Virus record (IMG/VR): IMGVR_UViG_3300046787_000099 | Coordinates: 47,974-111,973 of that record | DNA: 64,000 nt | Origin: a virus | Strand: one strand, 5' to 3' | Shown here: piece after piece, positions 59,876 to 64,000 of the stretch | How positions within the stretch are numbered: position 1 is the first letter of the stretch | How the letters are laid out: every line of letters begins with the position of its first letter | Translations under genes and position numbers: made by a program | The notes under the pieces: model-generated | What the model was told of the DNA's origin: nothing | What the model saw: only the letters and a program-made list of their open reading frames with translations | Databases searched by the model: none

Positions 59876-60043
59876 AGAACCATAATACTGAGACTATGGT
59901 GGGGCAAAAGACCTACTCTGGGACGCTGTTCTAATGGGTAGCGTAGTAGGTACTGTTAATGTCTTCTTTAAGGGGATTGTTGTACACCAAGAGCCCCAAC
60001 CTAAGCGTGCAGATCTTACGAGATGCAGGAGAAGTAATATTTA

Positions 60044-60277
60044 TTATTCCATTTCTTTTACATCTCCTGCTTCTACACCACGAGCAAGGATTCCTTCAAC
60101 AGTTTCAGAAGCTTTCTGTGCAAGAATGATTCTAGCAGCTTCTTCTGTCCCAATGATTGCACGTAGGGCATTAAGGATTAATCCAAACTCTGAGCCACTA
60201 ATGGCAAACTGATCTTCTGCAGACCATGTATACTTCTTGTTAGGATCAAATGTAAGTTTTTCTTGTAATTCTGACAT
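60044..60277 (-). CDS. Hypothetical protein
   Basis: 77 aa ORF. Confidence 0.6.
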   Translation of the reverse strand: MSELQEKLTFDPNKKYTWSAEDQFAISGSEFGLILNALRAIIGTEEAARIILAQKASETVEGILARGVEAGDVKEME

Positions 60278-60304
60278 GATAAAATTGTTTTGGTTTATGT
60301 AAAG

Positions 60305-60589
60305 TTAATCTAATGTTATTTCAAATGCAATCACAGCATTTGTTTTTATACTCTTGGACATGTTCAGCTTTATCTGGAACATGTTGTGAAACTTGAATAG
60401 TTCTTCTATCAATGAGTTAGTGTACTTAGGAAGAGATGGTGCTATTCTAAAGCTGTATGCTCTAGGATGTTTCACTACCTCCATTGCACAGAGTTCATCT
60501 ATTGAATCGATAATGCCTTCTAGATGAGCAAAATACACCTCATCATTGTGCTTCATTATCTTTGGAAAGAATTTCTTCTTTATCTGCAT
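60305..60589 (-). CDS. Hypothetical protein
   Basis: 94 aa ORF. Confidence 0.6.
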   Translation of the reverse strand: MQIKKKFFPKIMKHNDEVYFAHLEGIIDSIDELCAMEVVKHPRAYSFRIAPSLPKYTNSLIEELFKFHNMFQIKLNMSKSIKTNAVIAFEITLD

Positions 60590-61008
60590 TACGACAGAGT
60601 TAACAGGTATTTAGTTGTAGCTGCTTTTCCAGACAATGCTTGAGCAACATTCTCAATATCAGGCATGTTGTTAGAAGCACCATAGTTCTGTAACTGCTTA
60701 GAGAATGATAATAACTCAGCTACAACTTGATCAGATACACCTGGAGCATAGTCTTTCAACTGTCCTGGATTACCAATCTTAGCACGAGTGCCTGAGTAAC
60801 CCATAATCTTTTCCATGATTTCATCCTTGAAATCAATTACAGCTTCATATAATTTACCAAGACTTTTATGCTCTGCATAAGAACGTGTAGCCCAATGTAG
60901 ATTGTGTAGCTGCAGTTCAAAGTATGTTAGCTTTGTAGCAATAGCATCAGGAGAAAGATCCCCTGATGCACTGCTTAACATTTCTTGTGGAAATAATGAT
61001 TTAGCCAT
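60589..61008 (-). CDS. Ferritin/Dps-like four-helix protein (DUF5856-like)
   Basis: LHNLHWATRSYAEHKSLGKLYE...DEIMEKIMG. Confidence 0.7.
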   Translation of the reverse strand: MAKSLFPQEMLSSASGDLSPDAIATKLTYFELQLHNLHWATRSYAEHKSLGKLYEAVIDFKDEIMEKIMGYSGTRAKIGNPGQLKDYAPGVSDQVVAELLSFSKQLQNYGASNNMPDIENVAQALSGKAATTKYLLTLS

Positions 61009-61508
61009 TACGCTGATGTTGTTGTAGTAGTCGTTGTAGGACTAGCTGTTGTCGTAGTTGTTGTGGTAGGTGCAGCTGTTGTAGTTGTCGTAGTTGTAGG
61101 AGCTACATATGCTGTCACTGTAAATGTTGGAGCTGAGTTAGGGCAAATAGCCTGAACTTGAGATCCTGTCATTACAAGTGTAAGGTTTGTACCACCTGTT
61201 GTAGAGAACGCACCTAATAAAGGATATGTTGTATTCAACTTGCTAACTAAGTCTGCTACTGATGAAGAGTTTTGTCCTGAAATTAATGTTTCAGTTAATG
61301 TTCCTCCGCAGAATAACTTAACTTGGAAGTTAGTAATAGTAGTAGATACTGTAGTAGTAAGTGTAGCACCATTGCAACACTCGTACCCTTGAATTTCTTG
61401 CCAGTTACCAACTTTAGGTTTTTGTTTTCTCAGAATAAGGCTGCCTGCAACAACCCTTCCGCTACCATCGTAGCGAACAAATGCTTTAAGATTTCTCTGA
61501 ATTGCCAT
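61008..61508 (-). CDS. Putative virion protein with mucin-like poly-Thr tail
   Basis: LKAFVRYDGSGRVVAGSLILR N-terminus; tail APTTTTTTTAAPTTTTTTTASPTTTTTTTSA. Confidence 0.6.
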   Translation of the reverse strand: MAIQRNLKAFVRYDGSGRVVAGSLILRKQKPKVGNWQEIQGYECCNGATLTTTVSTTITNFQVKLFCGGTLTETLISGQNSSSVADLVSKLNTTYPLLGAFSTTGGTNLTLVMTGSQVQAICPNSAPTFTVTAYVAPTTTTTTTAAPTTTTTTTASPTTTTTTTSA

Positions 61509-61513
61509 TTTGT

Positions 61514-62530
61514 TTAATAATTAAGGTTATATTTTTCTTTTAACTTTAAAAGCTCTTTAACGTAATAGTGAGTGCATTTCTGTTGAGCAGCCTCACTATT
61601 CAAGACTACTTGCATGTGTGGATCATTGAATGGATCTTTACCTGTGTGATATATCCCCTTATAGAATGCAGGATAATCACCCATGTTTGTATCTACAATA
61701 CCAGCATTATGAAGGATTCCTAATCTGGCAATCTTTTCAATAGGATCTGAAGACCAAGCAAACTCCAACTCAGGAATATTCTTCGTTTCAGCACCTCTAT
61801 ACCAAAGAGCCCATAGAACCGCCCACATGTCTGCACACCAACTCTGGAAACCACTACTCTCATCTTTGAAATATAAACGGTTTATACTCAATAAGTATGA
61901 TCGAATAGACAAACAGTCTCTGAGAACTTTCTCCCAGAACGCACCATCAATGTTTTTCAACAGATACTGTGCACCACCTGAGTGGTCATTGTTTGCTTCA
62001 GCAATTTCTCTATTTATTCCGCACATCTCTGTAGCTTGTGCAAGAACATCAATCTTTTCATATCCGTGCAACCTATCAGGAAGCACATCTTTTATCTTAC
62101 TATCGAAGTATGAGGCATTGATATAGCTGTTAGTGTCTGATAGATAGTTTACATCATCATCTAAGAACTGATCAACATTGAATCTCTCTGTGAAGATTAC
62201 ATCAGAGTCACAGTAGAACACTGCATTCTGTTTCATCTCTGGATGTTCGTAGAAGTATTTCATCAGAACGTAAGGACGAAGAACAGGAATGTATGTTCCT
62301 AACTTTGCACTTATACCATCTACATCCTTGTAGAAGACAAACTCTGCCTCTGGATATAGATCAATGACCTGTTGCCATTTTTCATTCTTCTCTCTATAGT
62401 TTGGAATGAATATTAGGACAATAGCTTTGTCTGAATGTCCTATCTTCTTTAAGCTCTCTATCCATAAGTGTACCTGCCATGTATAGTAGGTATCATCTGG
62501 CTGAGCACAGATAAATTTGAGATCCCTCAT
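61514..62530 (-). CDS. GT-A glycosyltransferase resembling plant protein O-glycosyltransferases (GT95 HPAT / GT96 SERGT)
   Basis: YYTWQVHLWIESL, YIPVLRPY, YCDSD (DxD), GGAQY, WCADMWA, ILHN. Confidence 0.6.
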   Translation of the reverse strand: MRDLKFICAQPDDTYYTWQVHLWIESLKKIGHSDKAIVLIFIPNYREKNEKWQQVIDLYPEAEFVFYKDVDGISAKLGTYIPVLRPYVLMKYFYEHPEMKQNAVFYCDSDVIFTERFNVDQFLDDDVNYLSDTNSYINASYFDSKIKDVLPDRLHGYEKIDVLAQATEMCGINREIAEANNDHSGGAQYLLKNIDGAFWEKVLRDCLSIRSYLLSINRLYFKDESSGFQSWCADMWAVLWALWYRGAETKNIPELEFAWSSDPIEKIARLGILHNAGIVDTNMGDYPAFYKGIYHTGKDPFNDPHMQVVLNSEAAQQKCTHYYVKELLKLKEKYNLNY

Positions 62531-62559
62531 ATGTAGTTAATTGTTGGTTTGTTTAATTC

Positions 62560-62964
62560 TTAGTCTGAGAATACATTAAGTCCAAATGTTCCACTAGGAC
62601 AAAGTATGCTCTTAACTACTAGCGGTGCACTTAATTGTAATGTTGTGCTATCAAAAGCAGCAAATGTTCCATACACATTTGTTGATGAATTAGAATTAAA
62701 TAGAGTAACTAATTCATTTATATCATTTACAGTATCACCTGTATACACATAGTTACCAACAGCGCTATCATCACAAGTAAAGTTCATACTAGTATTACTT
62801 ATAGGAAATGATAATGATTGACTGTATATAACTACTGTTGGTTCAGATGGAGTGGGTAGTGTAACATTACCTGCCACTTGGGTTAACTTTTCTAATTGTT
62901 TAGAAATATTCCAAAGCAAGTATGCTTTCTGACTCCATCCTATTTGTTTACTTGGTATTGCCAT
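62560..62964 (-). CDS. Putative virion protein sharing a domain with 61008-61508
   Basis: MAIPSKQIGWSQ..LLWNISKQLEKL N-terminus; C..LV..(L/F)N..G.F..L..CP domain. Confidence 0.55.
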   Translation of the reverse strand: MAIPSKQIGWSQKAYLLWNISKQLEKLTQVAGNVTLPTPSEPTVVIYSQSLSFPISNTSMNFTCDDSAVGNYVYTGDTVNDINELVTLFNSNSSTNVYGTFAAFDSTTLQLSAPLVVKSILCPSGTFGLNVFSD

Positions 62965-62976
62965 TGTCTTATTATC

Positions 62977-63999
62977 TTAAACGTTACCCATTTGTAATGA
63001 ACCTTGTACTCCACTGAATGGATTAGTTGCTGAATATGTTGCTCCAGTATTTGTAGCATTATGTGCATTACCACTGTTATCAGTTAATTGTGCATTTAAT
63101 GTTGTTCCTTGGAAGATCAATAGTCTAGTAGCAGCTAAATCAGTAAGAGGAGATGTTGGAACTGTAAATCCAGCTGGATCATAAACATAAGACTCTGTCC
63201 ATCTGAAGTTACTAATCAATCCGTTAAATCCTGAACCAGGCTCATTACCATATCCAATTGTTACTGGTAAGTTTTGGCTAGAGATAGCTCCATCATATGT
63301 AGTAGTTGCTACTTGAACACCATCAATTAAAATATAAAGAGAACTTCCAACTCCTGTTACACATATGTGATACCATTCTCCTAATGTAGGAACAAACTCA
63401 CCACTTAGTAAATTTGAATTATCTCCCCAGAAGTATATCGAACCTCCTTCAAGTGAAATAGCATTAGCAGCTGGATAAACACCAAGACTATATGGACGTG
63501 GGAAGTTACTATTATCGTTCATGTTCACAAACATCTCAATAGTAAAGTCTCCTACAATATCAAAGTCTGAACTAGCAGCAATACCTACATAACCTGGAGG
63601 AGCTTGGTTTACGTTAACTGTCCACCCTTTACCTTGTAAGTTTGTCTTAGCTGTAGCACCATAATCTGTAGGAATAGCATTTGTACCACCAGATAAATCT
63701 ACATAACCATTTTCTACACCACTACCATCTAACCATTGTAATGTGTTATTTACAGCTTCTTCTGTAAGAGCAGCATCACTGATACTAACATCATTAAGAT
63801 ATGCTTCTGGTAATGTAACTGATGTAATGCCAGTGTTGCCACCAAGATCAAAACCTGTAAGATTATTGAATGATGATGCTGATATATCTATATCTCCTGA
63901 TATACCACACTGATCCATATCAAAAAATGTCAGACTAGTAAGTGATGAAAGATCAGGGATACCAGCTGAGAAATTACTATCATCAAGACGTAATTGCTC
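62977..63999 (-). CDS. LRR plus LamG/ConA-like lectin-domain protein, partial (start beyond window)
   Basis: Frame open to the window edge (EQLRLDDSNFSAGIPDLSSLTSLTFFDM, LRR-like); GDFTIEMFV, WYHICV, FNGLISNFR (LamG). Confidence 0.7.
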   Translation of the reverse strand, partial: EQLRLDDSNFSAGIPDLSSLTSLTFFDMDQCGISGDIDISASSFNNLTGFDLGGNTGITSVTLPEAYLNDVSISDAALTEEAVNNTLQWLDGSGVENGYVDLSGGTNAIPTDYGATAKTNLQGKGWTVNVNQAPPGYVGIAASSDFDIVGDFTIEMFVNMNDNSNFPRPYSLGVYPAANAISLEGGSIYFWGDNSNLLSGEFVPTLGEWYHICVTGVGSSLYILIDGVQVATTTYDGAISSQNLPVTIGYGNEPGSGFNGLISNFRWTESYVYDPAGFTVPTSPLTDLAATRLLIFQGTTLNAQLTDNSGNAHNATNTGATYSATNPFSGVQGSLQMGNV

Positions 64000-64000
64000 A

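Noticed and set aside
59897-60001. tmRNA, because of GGGGC...CCACCA on the minus strand
   Set aside because: Only about 100 nt, with no T-arm, no G3-U70 pair and no tag ORF; kept as an unknown structured element
1-64000. Stop-codon reassignment (TAG/TGA recoding) as in some crAss-like phages
   Set aside because: Long genes are intact in code 11, TAG and TGA both end tightly coupled genes, and the only tRNA is Trp-CCA, not a suppressor
62977-64000. Diversity-generating retroelement targeting fibre genes
   Set aside because: No reverse transcriptase or TR/VR pair seen in the window

Overview
This window is about 64 kb of a crAss-like (Crassvirales-type) dsDNA phage. The host is inferred to be Bacteroidota from TAnnTTTG promoters, A-rich leaders without Shine-Dalgarno sequences and the gene content. 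The standard genetic code is used. There are three transcriptional blocks. (1) 1-22650, minus strand: morphogenesis genes (terminase, portal, scaffold, major capsid, auxiliary capsid, ring/tail proteins, partial muzzle/stabilization protein) and two HU/IHF-like genes. (2) 23091-57868, plus strand: small early genes with structured intergenic RNAs and a cassette-like gene array, then replication and nucleotide metabolism (PolB, DnaB, SF2 helicase, AAA ATPase, SSB, primase, UDG, PD-(D/E)XK nuclease, class II RNR, RecA, dUTPase, two homing endonucleases), GroES-like, GT11 and GT2 glycosyltransferases. (3) 57945-64000, minus strand: seven small Lys-rich proteins, tRNA-Trp, a ferritin-like protein, a Thr-tailed protein, a glycosyltransferase resembling plant GT95/GT96 protein O-glycosyltransferases, and a partial LRR+LamG protein. 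The leading hypothesis is a phage-encoded protein O-glycosylation system: a GT95/96-like enzyme plus GT2 and GT11 acting on mucin-like poly-Thr tracts in at least five putative virion proteins. All functional calls come from motifs recognised by eye; no database searches were run.
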